Of a stretch of 64,000 nucleotides of DNA, positions 27,090 through 41,020 are shown piece by piece. Positions within the stretch are counted from its first letter, which is position 1. Each line of letters opens with the position of its first letter. The DNA is from Octopus sinensis. Its lineage: Eukaryota. Location: the NCBI RefSeq assembly GCF_006345805.1, contig NC_042998.1, forward strand, positions 86,986,001 through 87,050,000. Direction: 5' to 3'. Below the pieces are notes generated by a model. That model searched no databases. It had not been told where the DNA came from and saw only the letters and a list, made by a program, of their open reading frames with translations. Both the position numbers and the translations under genes were made by a program.

Positions 27090-27915
27090 TTAGAGTTAGT
27101 AGATAATTTCTGCTACCTAATGAACCAAATTGGTAGAGAAGGAAAGTGTGACAATTAAAATAAGTATAGGATGGCTTTGAAAGGTTTTTCTCTCTGAGTG
27201 AAAGGAAGATTGTATGATGCATGTAGATTAGATAGACAGCAATTTTACCTGATAGTGAAACATGGGTGCTGAATTGCTATAAAGCAATGAGACTAGTATG
27301 CTCCACTAGATGTGTAATGTTTGACAGAATGCTAGTGCTTTGAGAGAAGTTAGGCATAAGAAGAATTAGTTGCTGTGCAAGAGAGAAGACTGCACTAGTT
27401 TGGTCATGTAATGTGGATGGATGTCAACAGTTCCATAAATAAGTGCCAATCTCTCAAAGTAGATGGAACACATGGAAGTAGGAGACTCAGGAAGACATTG
27501 GACAAAGTGCTGAAGAACAACCTCAGGACACTGAAACTTTAGGATGAGATGACGAAGGACCAAGATGCCTGGCACCTTGCTGTACTCAAGAAGGCTTGTA
27601 CTCCACAGCAGAAATATTAAGACTGGTCACCACAGTGGTGAGGATTGACCTGTAAGAGTCCTGTGCCAGTGTCGCATAAAAAGCACTTGTGGTAGTGCCA
27701 TGTAAAAGTGGCCATGCAGTGTAATGTTAAAATGCCCATGTTGTGCCATGTAAAAGCACCCAGCGCACTCTGTTGCTGGTGTTAGGAAGAGTATCCAACT
27801 GTAGAAACCATGGCTAATCAGACTCGATTGTGGTACAGCTCCCAGCTTGCCAGCTCTCATCAAACTGTCCATCCCTTGTCAGCATGGACTATGGATGTTA
27901 AATGATAATGGTGAT
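27090..27915 (+). mobile_element. Diverged RTE LINE 3' portion
   Basis: LELVDNFCYL, QERRLH*FGHV...DKVLKNNLRTL, UTR repeats and tail. Confidence 0.7.
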
Positions 27916-28311
27916 AAATAAAAAACAAATGAATGCATTATATGGTATTCCTACAATCGTTTCATTAAGTGATTTTATTGCATTTTAGCATTGTACATAC
28001 AAGTGTGTTTGAAGAGCAACATCTATAAGATACTGTAAAACATAACCTCTCATGTCATCAGGTTGCACTGTGTTAAGAGCAAATATTGACATGTGGCTGG
28101 ACAAGTAGCCCAATGACATGCTGTTGGGCTATAAAACAGGTGAAGGTTAATGACTGGAACAGTATCTTGGTGAAAACAATGCCACAATATATGCTCATCT
28201 TGGCCTTGTTAGCATGGAAGAAATGACATTAAACTAATGAATAAATGAACATTACCAAATATGGCAGGCATCTGAAGAATGCTGGAGATCACAACAGTTA
28301 TATATACTTAT

Positions 28312-28356
<45 letters not shown>

Positions 28357-29559
28357 ACATATAGACACACATTCGTGTGCATACATATCTGTTTTAATGT
28401 CCATTTCATTTGATGGAAGCGTTTACTTGCACTGCATTTCGATTTATTAGTTTAATCCTTTGTCATCTCTGTGAGACTCAAAACCTTGAAAATTCTTTTA
28501 CAAGTCACAGTGCTTTAACAAAAGGGTTGAAAAACGGAGGTCTTTTCGGATATGATGTAAGACCATTACAAATAACATCATCAGAAGAAAATAATCTAGA
28601 GTTCATTGCACTGAATAAAACAAAACAGAAATGAACTCAGGAACTATGTGTTTGTAGGCCATTTCTTTATCCCCTCAACCATTTGTTTGTATGTACTAAA
28701 TAAACAAACTTATTTACAAGGTTATTTACTCTAAATAATCAGTTTTCATATAAAATGATACAAGAAAATTTTTGTTAAACATTTTTTCATCTTATTCTTT
28801 TACTATTTTCTTTTTTTTATCAAGAAGAAATATTTTCCTTAAAGCATTTTTGAGTGGTAAATTAGAACAATTGATGTATGTTACATAAAATGAATGTTTA
28901 GCAAAAATGTTAAAAAAATGAAAATTACTATATGTTCTCAAGTTTTCAACATTATTAATTTTTTAATATTTCTTGAAATCTTTGGTAGTTGATTGATAAA
29001 TCAGAACATGGGATATAACTAGAAATATAGTGGGATGATGTTGGGAGTATAAGATTGACAATAGTGAATCATTTTCATTCCAGATTCATTGCTTGTAATC
29101 TTCCATAGATTTTTTTATATCCTGCTAAAATACATCTCCTTGTTCATTCCTAACTATGCCAAAATTTTCAGTAAAAATATCTAAATGTGAATATATAAAG
29201 TGTAATTCAGGGGACATGAAACAACCTGCATTTTTGAAAGCCTTAATCAGATTCTCAACTCCACTTTGAACAGAAGGGGACCTGTAGTTTTAAAGAAGGG
29301 CCCATTTGAAAGCATGCAAAAGTGATACCAAAGTTTCATAAAATATTTTAGCCTTTAATGCTTCCAAGATTTGAAGTTCTATAAATTTTTAGAGCACTTA
29401 ATTTTGGAAATATTTCTGACAGATATTGAAATCCTCTGGAATTTTCTGTACCCATGACCTTAACAAATATAAATTAAACCAAGTTTAATTTGAAGAGATG
29501 ATAAAAGAAATCAGTTACAAAATATTATTGAATGTTATTTCTTCCAGGAATACACAAAG

Positions 29560-30000
29560 ATATTGTTGGCCATCATTATCATCATCATCGATGACGTCGT
29601 CGTCGTCGTTGTTGCCATTGTAATTGTCATCATGTCTGTTACTGCCTTTTTCCTCTTCTGCTTTCTTCTCTTCCCCCCTCTTCCTACTTCTCTTCACTGA
29701 TGTCCTCCTGCTGTTTCTTCTTGCTGTTGTCCTCTTCCTTCTCCTGCTTCTCTTCATGGTTGTTTTCCTTCCTCCCCCTCCTCTACTTCTTCCCAATCCT
29801 GTTACCCCTCCTCTCCTCATCATCATTATCTTCATCATTATCATTGTGGTCATCATTATTATCGTCGTCATCACCATCACTACCACTATCATCATTATAA
29901 TCATCATCATTGTCATCTTCATTGTCATCATCATTGCACTTGTCATAGCTATCCTTTCTTCCTCCTCTTCCTCCATATTCTGGCAGAGTGGTAATAACAA
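29560..30000. repeat. Compound trinucleotide low-complexity tract (CAT/CGT/CTT/CTC)
   Basis: Direct reading; similar tracts at 21590-21830, 31410-31515 and 58680-58860. Confidence 0.9.
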
Positions 30001-30102
30001 CATTAGCATCCTTTGCATTTTTTTTTATGTTTTTAAATGTTACTTGGTACACAAACAGCAGCATCAGTAGTAGTAGTTGCAAGAGCAGCAGCAACAGTTA
30101 TG

Positions 30103-30142
<40 letters not shown>

Positions 30143-30789
30143 CACACACACACACACCATACTTGATACACAAATAGTATAACAGCTGCTATCATAGTAG
30201 CAACAGCATTAGTTTTTCACCATTCCCTCATCTAACATCTATGATATACAAACGCTATGAAATGATGTAATAACTGTAGCAGTTTATACTGGACATATGA
30301 TATCTTGGTTGTACATAAACAGATCTCAGGTTGGTTTCAGTCATGGGTATTTCAGTTATTTGCAATGTACTGGCTGAGTCATTAGCACACTGGAACAGAA
30401 TGTTTTATGGTTCCCTGTACTTTGAGTTCAAATTCTGCCATGGTTGACTTTGCTTTTCATCCTTAGGGGGTTGATAAAAATGTACCAATTACCAGTCTAA
30501 GGTAGTGGGTTGGTGGATTTGGTTGTGCAAGATTCCTTGTGGTATCTGATCTGGTGCTTTGTGTTCTGTCATCAATGCTTGTAATGCTCCTGGTGCTAAA
30601 CCATATCAGTCTAAGTTGATGACTTTTGTCTTGGATGAATATTGGTAACATAGAGAGAGAGAGAATCGAATGCATAAATGTCAGTCTTCTTCAAAAGATC
30701 TAGCCCAGGCCTGCATATAAATGTGTAGATGCATGTGGTGACTCTACATATTCCAGGTCTCCTGTCATCTGAGCTACGTAATCATTGAA

Positions 30790-31010
30790 TGGTTTCAAAT
30801 TCTGGTACAAGGCCTGCAATTTTGGAGAAGGAAGTAAATCATTTACATTGACCCTGATGCTCAGCTGGTACTTATTGATACTTATTGACCTCAAAAGGAC
30901 AAAAAGCAAAGTTGACCTAGGCAGAATTTGAACTCAGAATATAAAGCATCAGAACAAATGCCAATATGTAGTCTTGAATGATGCCCTAATGACTCTGCCA
31001 GATTGCCATC
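30790..31010 (-). mobile_element. SINE family C (a partial plus-strand copy lies at 30400-30500)
   Basis: Matches 12630-12830. Confidence 0.7.
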
Positions 31011-31829
31011 TTTTCTCACAGAATTATAATGTAAGTGGCTAAGTACTTCATAAACACTAGCATACTTAATGCAATCCCCTGGCAGAAACAGTATGTTAAA
31101 GTATGTGAAATAAGTGACCTTTTGAATTACAGATATAATCAATCTGTAACAGGTTTTCAAGCTGTTTTGGTTTACTCATTTTAAACCAAAGGGCCTGTGT
31201 TGACTCAAGGCTATCAGCTAAATGATAGAAAACATCTGTAAAAGGTGGTCCCAATCAAGAATGAATTTATGATTTCATAATTGTGAAAGGAACTTTTTAA
31301 TCATTTGGCCAGACTTGATTCTAGTAAGATTTGTTGTTGTTTTTCATGTTTAACTTCAGGTGGCAGTCAGGCACGTGCTAACCCATGCAAACATAGAAAT
31401 ACAACACAGTCATCATCATCGTCATCGCCATCATCATCATTGTTGTTACCATCATCATTGTCTTCATCGTTGTCGTCATTGTCATCACTCTCATCATCAT
31501 CATCATCATCATTGCTGTATAGATGATGGGTTGCTATGATCCAAGTTAGTTCTTATTCAGAGTTATTACTCTCTTAGATGGGTTGGCGACCACTTCTCAC
31601 TCCATTTTACATATTTTGACATGTTTTCTAATGCTTCCAGCAAAAGTATGAGGCTGCCATGTTTTCTAGAATTGGCATAGCAGTAAAGTTAGCAATCAGC
31701 ATGAAACTGCAACAAGGCTAAAGGAGATAATCTATAAAGAAACTCATACAGAGCTATCAAATCATCAAATTGGTAAGTGGCAGAAAGAGTTGTCATAAAG
31801 CTTATCAAAGTGAGTTAGTTTAGCTAAGG

Positions 31830-32620
31830 TTTAATTTCAATTTGGGCCAGAATATGGAACCACCATTGCAATCTTTTTTGGGAGTCAGCTACAGGAGCAA
31901 ACCAAAAGCTGCCAAAAGCAAACCAAAAGCTACCAAAAGCAAACCATAAAGCTAGCTTTTGTTGATCTGGAGGTGTCTTTGATAGAGTACCACACTCTGA
32001 GGATTGCAATCAGAACCTTGATGAACACCTACCTGCACACTTAGTCCCTAAGCTCATTGATAACTGTCCCTTTGCTGATTGTACCTCTGTAGTACATGGC
32101 TTGACCAGCATCTTCAAGCCATTCATCTACACTCAGTTTTCTTAACTTGTAGTTAAGAAGTTAAGAAAACTGGGTGTAGATGAATGACTTGAAGATGCTG
32201 GTCAAGCCATGCACTACAGAGGTACAATCAGCAAAGTGACAGTTATCAATGAGCTTAGTGACTAAGTTAGCATGCAGGTAGGTGTTCATCAAGGTTCTGC
32301 TTACAATCCTTTTCTGTTTATATCTCTCTATGAAGAGTTCAAGAGTTCAAGATTTGTTGTTCATGCAAACTTCTGTATGCTGATGATCTAGTTATCAGAG
32401 TTGAATCAGCTGAAGAGTCAGAAGAAATATTCCAAACATGGAAGCAATGTGTAAAATGAAAAACATTAAAAGTAACTGAGCAAAGACAAATTAAAATTCT
32501 GCCATTTGGAAAGTAGTGATGTTTGATATGCAGGAAATGAAATAAACAAGAAGGAACTCTATACTATGTAGCCAATATATGTAGTTGAGTGCACAGAAAG
32601 TGCAATGGAATTACTAGCAT
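31830..32620 (+). mobile_element. RTE LINE RT core fragment with internal inverted duplication
   Basis: LAFVDLE.FDRVPH, KLGVDE, VGVHQGS, LYADDLV, then CLIC...VHRKC. Confidence 0.8.
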
Positions 32621-33546
32621 ACAAAGAGAGAAAAGGAACTTCATGTGCAGTTCATGTACAAATGCAACCATAAACTGATTTCATTAAACTACCAGAAAAG
32701 CAGATATGGAGTAATGCAAAGGAAAATGAAAATGTTCTGTAGGACTGGAGACAAGAGAAGGATAGACAGAAAGTCAGAACAGGATGGAAATAGAAAGAAA
32801 GAGAGAGGGAAGAAGACAAAAGAGAGGCAAAGAAAGAGAAAGAGACAGAAATAGATGTCACACACACACATGTATATATACACACACATATGCATACATA
32901 CATGTATACATATATGCATATATACATACACATATTTGTGTAATAATTGAATATAAGCACATTAAACACTACTGATTCATAAACAACATTTTAAAATCAA
33001 AAAGAAGAGCATTCATAAAAATATATGATGTTTAATATACCCAACACACATGCACACATACATGCACATATACAAATACATATTACATATGCAATTTGTA
33101 ATTAAAATTTAGGGGATTTCTAAGAATCAACGACATTGGTAAAATTTAGGTTGTATAACTTTTTCTGATTTAATTTTTCATCTAGTTATATTTAGTCCTC
33201 AAAAATGCAAAAAAAAAAAAATGAAATGAGAAAAGAAGAAAAAATGGATTCTTCCAGGGTGATATCAGATTAAGAGAAAGCTTATTGATTAGATATTTTT
33301 AAAAGAAATATATAAATGAATATTGCAAAAGTAGTGAAAAAACAGCTTTAGAGGAATGTAGAAATGCAGAAAAAGAGGAAGTCACTTCAACTGAATTTGA
33401 CAGAAAGTTTGGTTGTCTACAGTATCAACTCAGCAGGGGTACTGATTAGGTTGGAAAAGCATGTTGGAAAGCAGAGAGACATGGTGACTAGTCATAGTAA
33501 CAAGATTGCATTATGTTTGCCAATTCTGATGACAGTTTGGATGAGG

Positions 33547-33596
<50 letters not shown>

Positions 33597-34115
33597 GAGA
33601 GAGAGCATGGTGCTACAGATTTAATGTGAAAAATATGATTATTCCTTAATGAGAAAAAAAATGTGTGTATACATACATACGTATATACGTATATATGTAT
33701 ATGAGTGTGCATGTGTGTGTGTGTGTGTGTGTGTGAGTGTGTGCATGTGTGGGTGCAACTCTATGGTTAAAAGCTTGCTTCCCAACCAAGTGGTTTTCAT
33801 TTGGGGTTCAGACTCATTGCATAGCACTGGGGGAAAATGTCTTCTACTATAGTGCTGGGGCAACCAAACCCTTATGAGTGGATTTAGTACATGGAAACTG
33901 AAAAAAAAAAATCATTGTTTGTATATATTAAACCCCTCATAATAGATTTCATAACATTAAAAAAAAAAATTTGTTTTTTAAATATCACTTTTGCATTTCA
34001 AAAATTATTAAGCAATCCTCATAGACTTTCAAATATATATATGTGTATGCATGTATGTATGTATGTATGTATGTATGTATGTATGTATGTATGTATGTAT
34101 GTATGTATGTGTATA

Positions 34116-34184
<69 letters not shown>

Positions 34185-34191
34185 TATATAT

Positions 34192-34762
34192 AAATGTCAT
34201 TAAATGTGACTAGAGTTTTAAAAACACCTACATTGCTGGAAATAAGAGCTAAAATGCTCTAATGCTGTAGTTAATGCACATAAATGAAAACATACACTAA
34301 CAGGCACCATAATTGTCTGAAAAAATGCCGACTGAGATTTCTTAAGACTGACGTCAGTTTTGGCAATTTCCGTTGCCATCATCAGTTAAGCCAGTTCAGC
34401 ATTCAGCCTTTTCCAGACCCATTTCTCTATTAGTATATATGTTTCTGTCATCAAATTAATGGATGACTTAGTGCTTCGCTAATGTGTATACACAAAATTA
34501 ATATAAACAACTGGTTGCAATGTTTCACCAAAAAGGAGAATTATAATTGTTACTCAATGTGACTAGGGAGTTAAAATACACCTACATTGCCCAGACTGAT
34601 GTCAGTCTTAAGAATTCTCAGTCAGCATTTTTCGGACAATTATGGTCCCTGTTAACGTATATGTTTTCATTCATGATCATTATCCACAGCATTAGAGAAT
34701 TTTAGCTCTTATTTCTAGCAATATAGGTGTTTTTAACACCCTAGTCACATAGAGTGACAATT
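34192..34762. mobile_element. TIR element (about 165-bp arms) with an extra internal copy of its terminus at 34545-34590
   Basis: atgtgactag...cacctacattgc at 34206 and 34557; inverted copy ends at 34762. Confidence 0.7.
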
Positions 34763-34959
34763 ATCTGGCTGGATACCCTTGTACCTCCTCTACAGCAAGA
34801 CACCTGTTTTTCTCTCTCTCTGTCTTACTATAACCTTTCCTCATCTGACACAAGATCACTTCCTCCAATGTCCCTTCCCCCACAAAATTGTCTTTTATCT
34901 TTTTGTCTTGCAAGTACTTAGTGACCCTGTCAGTGCAGGTGCAACTTAAAAAATATCCA

Positions 34960-35203
34960 CAGTGTAAAGAGGTTGGTGTTTGGAAGGGCATCCAGCAGTA
35001 AAAACTTTGCCAATACTGACTTCATCTGTGCTTGTGCCACATAAAAACTACTCAGCTGAGTGGCTGGGGTTAGGATGGGTATTCAGCTGTGAAAATCCTG
35101 CCAAAACAATCACAGAAGTCTGGTGCAAGCTTCTGCCTGACTGGCTCCTGCCAAACCATCCCACCCATATCAGCATAGATGGTGGACATTAAATGATGAT
35201 GAT
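34960..35203 (+). mobile_element. RTE LINE 3' tail
   Basis: ggaagggcatccag...ggacattaaatgatgatgatg. Confidence 0.7.
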
Positions 35204-35466
35204 GTTTAGACCCAGGTCAGCTCTGATTGATCTAATGTATAATTAAAGGCATTCTAGCTGTAACCATCCATCAATTTTGAGATTTTTAGGACTATTTTAT
35301 CCAAAGTGTCCACTGCTTATTTCATTATGTCCCCTGCCTATGCAGTTGTTGATTATTGATATTAAATTATATTGCTAGATAATTTCTAAAAAGATAGTAT
35401 AGTCATAACTGGAATTCCTTTGATCATAGGTTTACTTGACTGGTCAGAACTGAGCTGGGTCTAAAC
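35204..35466. repeat. Inverted pair of an interspersed repeat (related copies at 11020, 46760, 58290)
   Basis: gtttagacccaggtcagctctga versus tcagaactgagctgggtctaaac. Confidence 0.55.
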
Positions 35467-35737
35467 AGTATGAATACATACATCGATTACTGATATTAAA
35501 TTCAAAACTCTAATTTTTGGTTTAGTTAAGCCCAGAAGTTTTTAAAATGCATATGAGATAAGCATGTATTGAGGGAGATTTCAAAGCAATTTTGAGCAAG
35601 TTAACAAAATGCATAAAACTGCCTTATAGGATTGTGAAGAAGTATGAGTTGATAGAAATGGTAAATTATTGGCCTGGATGCATTTTAGTATTCAGATTTC
35701 ATGATTCATATTTCTATATTTTTATCCCAACAAAGCA

Positions 35738-36010
35738 ATACATACATACATACATACATACATACATACATACATACATACATACATACATACATACATA
35801 CATAATTACATACATACATACATGCATGCATGCATGCATGCATAAATACATACATACATAGACACATACATACATACACACATACATACATACATACATA
35901 CATACACACATACATACATGTATACATACATGCATGCATACATGCATGCATAAATACATACATACATACATACATACATACATACATACATACATACATA
36001 CATACATAAT
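35738..36010. repeat. Long (CATA)n/(CATG)n microsatellite
   Basis: Direct reading. Confidence 0.95.
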
Positions 36011-36139
36011 ATATATATGTATATATATATATATATATATAATCTTTACAGTTGTTCCAAACATTTAATAACTGGTTCGTGCTACAATGCATATTATAAG
36101 AACATTCATATATAATGAGGGAATAATTATATAATTATA

Positions 36140-36620
36140 AGGTTGAACCTCACAGAGGCAATGACAAGCAACCAAGACCTGTGACTGAGAAGACCTGGCA
36201 AGTCAATTGAAATCGTAGTCATGGCCGATACCAGTGTAGTATAACCAACCTGTTTAAATGTACCCTTCAATTGTCGGACAATATGTTGTGCTTGATAAGA
36301 CCTGTTGAGCCAAGTGAAACCATAGTTGTGGCTGATGCCAGTGCATGACTGGCACCCATGTTGGTGATATGTAAATGCATCATTCGAATGTGGTTGATGC
36401 CAATGCTGCCTAACTGGTTCCCGTGTCAGTGGCATGTAAAAAGCACCATTTGAGCATTGTTGATGCTAGTATCACCTGGCTTCCCGTGCTGGTGGCATGT
36501 AAAAAGCACCCACTACACTCCCAGAGTGGTTGGCATCCAGCTGTAGAAACCTTGCCAGATTAGATTGGAGTTTGGTGCAGCCTCCTGGTTTGCCAGTCCT
36601 CAGTCAAGCCATCCAATGCC
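36140..36620 (+). mobile_element. RTE LINE 3' UTR with VNTR units
   Basis: cctcacagaggcaatgac...gaagacctg...ggtggcatgtaaaaagcacc units. Confidence 0.8.
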
Positions 36621-36954
36621 AGCTTCTCATTCTGTGTAAAGAAAAGCAAAAGTGTTAGAAATAACTGTTAATGGATATGGATGTCTCAGGTGTCTTGCTA
36701 TAGAGGAGGTACAAGGTCATCCAGCCAGGGGGGGGGAGAGGGAAAGAGGGAGAGAGAGAGTGTGTGAGAGAGAGAGAGAGGGAGAGAGGGAAAGAGGGAG
36801 AGAGAGAGTGAGAGAGAGAGAGAGTGTGTGAGAGAGAGAGAGTGTGTGTGTGAGAGAGAGAGAGAGAGAGATCAGGAATGAAGACAGAAACAAGTGTGCT
36901 ACTGCAAAGGAAATACATGGTTACCCAACCTGAGGGAAGTACAAGAGAAGGAGT

Positions 36955-36997
<43 letters not shown>

Positions 36998-37624
36998 GGA
37001 GAAAGTAGGGTTGAGATGGTGGTAAAGTACCAGGAAGACTCACAAGGGACAGGGATCAAAATATAAATGGGATGGTTGAGTAAAAGAATCCTTGAGATTT
37101 GGACATCATAATATAAGTGGCAGGATATTGCAAAAGAAGTGTGATTAGAGATTGTGGAGGGGTTTGGGAAGTGAGTAGCAAAAACCAGAGTATATATAAT
37201 GTGAGTGTGTGTGTGTGTGGGGGGGCTACTGGATAGCAATGATACAGAGGAACAGTGCTGTGAACACAGGATTAGGGAGTGAGAGCTAGGCATAGTGTAT
37301 GAAGGAGGAAATGTGAGGAAGAGAAGAGATGTAGATTGGTTTGTTGGGGTAGGGTGTGTGAAAAGTTTTCTTGTTACTTGTGGGTGGAACACACAGATTG
37401 GAGCTAGCAGATAGCAATGATACAATGAGACAGGGTATGTGGGTGGAACACACAAGTCAGGAGCTAGTGGATAGCAATGATACAGTGTGACAGGGCCAAG
37501 AGGACAGGATTGGAGAGTGGGAAATGCAAGGAAGAGAAGAGGTGTAGAAATGTAGTTTGGTTTGTTGTGGCAGGGTGTTTGAAAGATTTCCTTGTTAAGA
37601 GCAGGTAAGACACACATTGCTTCT

Positions 37625-38075
37625 AGAACTCAGTTTCATTGATGTGGGTAGATCTTCTCAAAAACTTCGTATCATCATTTCGTTTCTGAGGTTCAACTTC
37701 CTGAGATCAGTCCTTACCACTTCATCCCACATCTTCCTGGGTTTCCCTCTTCCAATCGGTGATTGGCACTTCTTTATACGACTGTCTTCATTCATATGCA
37801 TCACACATCCAAACCAATACAGTCTTCTCTCTTGCATGCTATATTTGATTCCTCTTATGCCCAACATTTCTCTCAATATATTTGCACTTTGCCACACATG
37901 TGCACTGATGTTGCACATCCAATAGAGCATACTACCTTCATTTCTCTCCAGTCTACACATGTCTTCTGCATTCAGAGTCTATGTCTCACTACTATGGAGT
38001 ATAGCCATTTGCACACAAGCATCATAAAGTCTGCCTTTCACTTTGAGAGAGTGTCCTTTTGCTGCTAACAGAGTT
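37625..38075 (-). mobile_element. RTE LINE ORF2 C-terminal fragment
   Basis: ERNEGSMLYWMCN...QERRLYWFG...GRGKPRKMWDEVV. Confidence 0.85.
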
Positions 38076-38209
38076 AATAGCTCTCTGCAGTTCCTCCACT
38101 TTATTCTTATTCTAGAAACAAATACTTTCTTACTCTTCCTTTCTCTCGGACTCTCCCTTGCTTTCTCTTACTCTCTATCTTTCTCTATCTATCTCTCTCC
38201 CATTTATAA

Positions 38210-39062
38210 AAAACCAAAGATCTTGAGTAAGTTGAGAAAGAACATATTTTGAAAGATCTATCATAAATATCAGGCAGTGACAACGGAAAGCACACTTGTT
38301 TTTTGTACGTGCCACTATTTGAGTGATTAAAAATAAGGAAAAAAAGGATCTCTTCGTTAAATTTAGTACTTATTTGGGGAATTTTTCGACGATTGACCAT
38401 GCAAATGAAAGCTCTAAACACGGGCTACATGCAGAAAAAATGAAAACTGTAAACAATAAAAAATAAAAGGCAAAAATACATAAAAATGAGAAATTTTTTC
38501 AACTTCAAAAATCTTGCCTTAATTTTCAAAATTTCGAACCCATTTTCTGTGCTTCAATTACAAATCTGCTTCCACATTACCATGTTGAAAACTTGATTGA
38601 AATCTAGACCCACAAGTGTCCCCAAAAATCAATAAAATCCCCGTTTCCACAGCAAAGCAACCGCTGTAGTACCCCCCAACGTCTCCCAATCAATTTCTCA
38701 CTTCAAGTTACCCCCTCCTGTAAATTTTAATCCCCTCCTAGCCCCATTTAGACATCTTTTTACATGAAAATCCAATTTGTATCAATGTTTGCCTTCTTCA
38801 TTTTATAAATTAGATTAGATGCCAATCACGCCAATCTGGAGGAGCTTAGAGACCCTTTGAATCGATAAAAAATCACTCTTCTCACCATAGCAACTGCATA
38901 TTTCCAGATGGCGAGTTTTATCCTACTCAACATTCTGCCTCATCACACCTTCTATGCCTGTGTCAATTTTCAGCTCGATCCGACCACTGGTTTGGCCGTC
39001 AACCTCTGACGTAGCAAAATGTGCACACAATTTTGACCCAAAGCCTCTTTTATATATATAGA
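38210..39062 (-). mobile_element. Helitron-like non-autonomous element; left boundary uncertain
   Basis: Minus-strand start A|TCTATATATATAAAA identical to the 56452 Helitron; CpG-richer than flanks; no clear CTAG end found. Confidence 0.5.
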
Positions 39063-39784
39063 TTAGTGGTCAAGATACTTAACTTGCTATGGATGAATCC
39101 ATCTAGCACTAAACAGGTACCACAGTTGCAATCTGGCACTAAATATGTAACACCACTTATAGTGTTGGATTCATTTCTTCTATGCATAAAGCTCCTTGTG
39201 ATAGATTAGCTTCCTATTCAGGGGACCTTTGTTGCTTGATAAGTAACCAATAGGTTGAGGTGGTCATTGAGTCAGTTTTTCAAGAAGAGAAGATGCAGTG
39301 GTGTAAGTTGACTGGGTTTCAGGTAATTAGTTCAATAATTAAGGGTTCACCTCAATGATCAAGGCATGTAACTCCTGCTACCTTGGTCTCTTAAATGTTG
39401 GACACAATCACCACAATTTCTTTTTAAAATACTATCTATAACATTAAGAGATGTTCTGAATGTTATGTTTTCAATAGAACTGACCACAACTACTACCAGA
39501 CAAATTATTCTGAAGTAAACATATGTAAGAAGGATAAAGAATTTGTAGCTAGCTGGCTTCCTATATATTTTGTTGTTTTGTTTTAATTTATTTTGATTGG
39601 TTAAGCTGATTGACATCTCTCATTTGCAATGGCTTCTTCATATTCCAGAAAGTCCAAGAAAAAATAACACAAACAAAACTCAACTTGTTTTTAATGATAT
39701 GGCAATGTTGGTAACAATATTAACAACAACGACAACTGGCTAAAGGAAAAGGAATTTACTATCATTATAGTTTTAGTATATCTT

Positions 39785-40330
39785 TTATCTTTACTTATTT
39801 TAGTCATTAGACTGTGGCCATGTTGGGGTACCACCTTGAAGGGTTTAGTTAAAAATAAACAACCCCAGTACTTATCATTCAGTCTAGTACATAATTTGGT
39901 GGTTTCTTTTGCTAGCTGCTGAGTTATAAACCAGCACTTGTTGTCAAGTGGTGTTAGAGGGAAAAAGCATAGTCACAAAGATAGACACACACAAACACAC
40001 TCACACACACACTCACACACACACTCACTCACACACACACACACACATACACACACACACACATACACACTTACATACACAATTACACACATGCATGCAC
40101 ATGTGCACACACACACACTCACATACACAATTACACACATGTACATGCATACGCACACACACACACGCAAACACTTACATATACAATTATGCACACGCAC
40201 ACATACACACACAAAATGAGGTTTCACACAGTTTTAATCTACCATTTTTCAGCTCAAGGTGCCATGCAGTAGAACTGAGCTGTAAAAGTATGAGGTTGCA
40301 AAGAGCTTCTTAGCTATACAGCCAGCCTGT
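39785..40330 (-). mobile_element. SINE family A with expanded central (CA)n
   Basis: 3' part at 39785-39960 and head at 40230-40330. Confidence 0.7.
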
Positions 40331-40589
40331 GCTCACAAATATAGATGTTCTTATGCTGGGAATTGAACCCAGGTTGCTGGGATGAAAGCTAGGATTCCTA
40401 ATTAAGAATAGAATATGAAGGTGAATGATTCATACCTTCTAAGTTTTATATTTCATTTTGGCTGCATGGTCATTGGTCATTATTGCATGCATAGCAGCTT
40501 ACAAGGTTGAGAAAATTGTGTCCTTTTGTTGGTAGTTTCAGAATCAGTTATGGCTTTTAGGCGAGGCAGTGAAATTTTTTGTTAAACTG

Positions 40590-41020
40590 TTTTTCAATGC
40601 TGAAAAACTTAACCACTTTCAACTGATATGTCTGCAAAATATTCTTAACATCTGATAGCAGGATAAAACTCCTGATACAACTGTGCTTGAGAGAATTAAT
40701 ATGTCAGACATGTATGCTTTCCTGAGTAAATTCCAGCTGCAGTGGAGTGAACATATAGCAAGCATGCATAAATCCAGACTTTCTAAACAGATCTGTGGTA
40801 AACTAACAGTTGACTCTCACGTCCATGGTAGACCAAAGAAGAGATAGGACACACTGAAGACAATCTTGGAAAGTTGTAGCATAGAGCACTTTACACAGTC
40901 TATTTGCGACCATCTTGCTCAGGATCACTCACTGTGGCATAGTGATATGTATTCTGGAGTACAGTACTCTGAATCCGATACGACCAGAGAAACAAAAGAT
41001 AGAAGGGCTGCAGAGAAAAC
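40590..41020 (+). mobile_element. BovB-like RTE LINE C-terminal fragment
   Basis: KLNHFQLICLQNIL...QDKTPDTTVLER...RLSKQICGKL...GRPKKR.DTLK...LAQDHSLW. Confidence 0.75.

Noticed and set aside
28505-28556. Possible 52-nt plus-strand exon (HSALTKGLKNGGLFGYD)
   Set aside because: Weak acceptor, no homology recognised; expected by chance in 64 kb.
29515-30094. ORFs with poly-D/E/I/M tracts
   Set aside because: Compound trinucleotide repeats open in several frames on both strands; no splice or homology support.
36655-37617. 320-aa ORF
   Set aside because: Produced by stop-poor (CT)n and pyrimidine-rich repeats; no recognisable domain.
40854-40872. CTGAAGA-CAA-TC-TTG-GAAA hammerhead look-alike
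   Set aside because: Two-base loop, no helix I or III, and it lies in BovB-like coding sequence.
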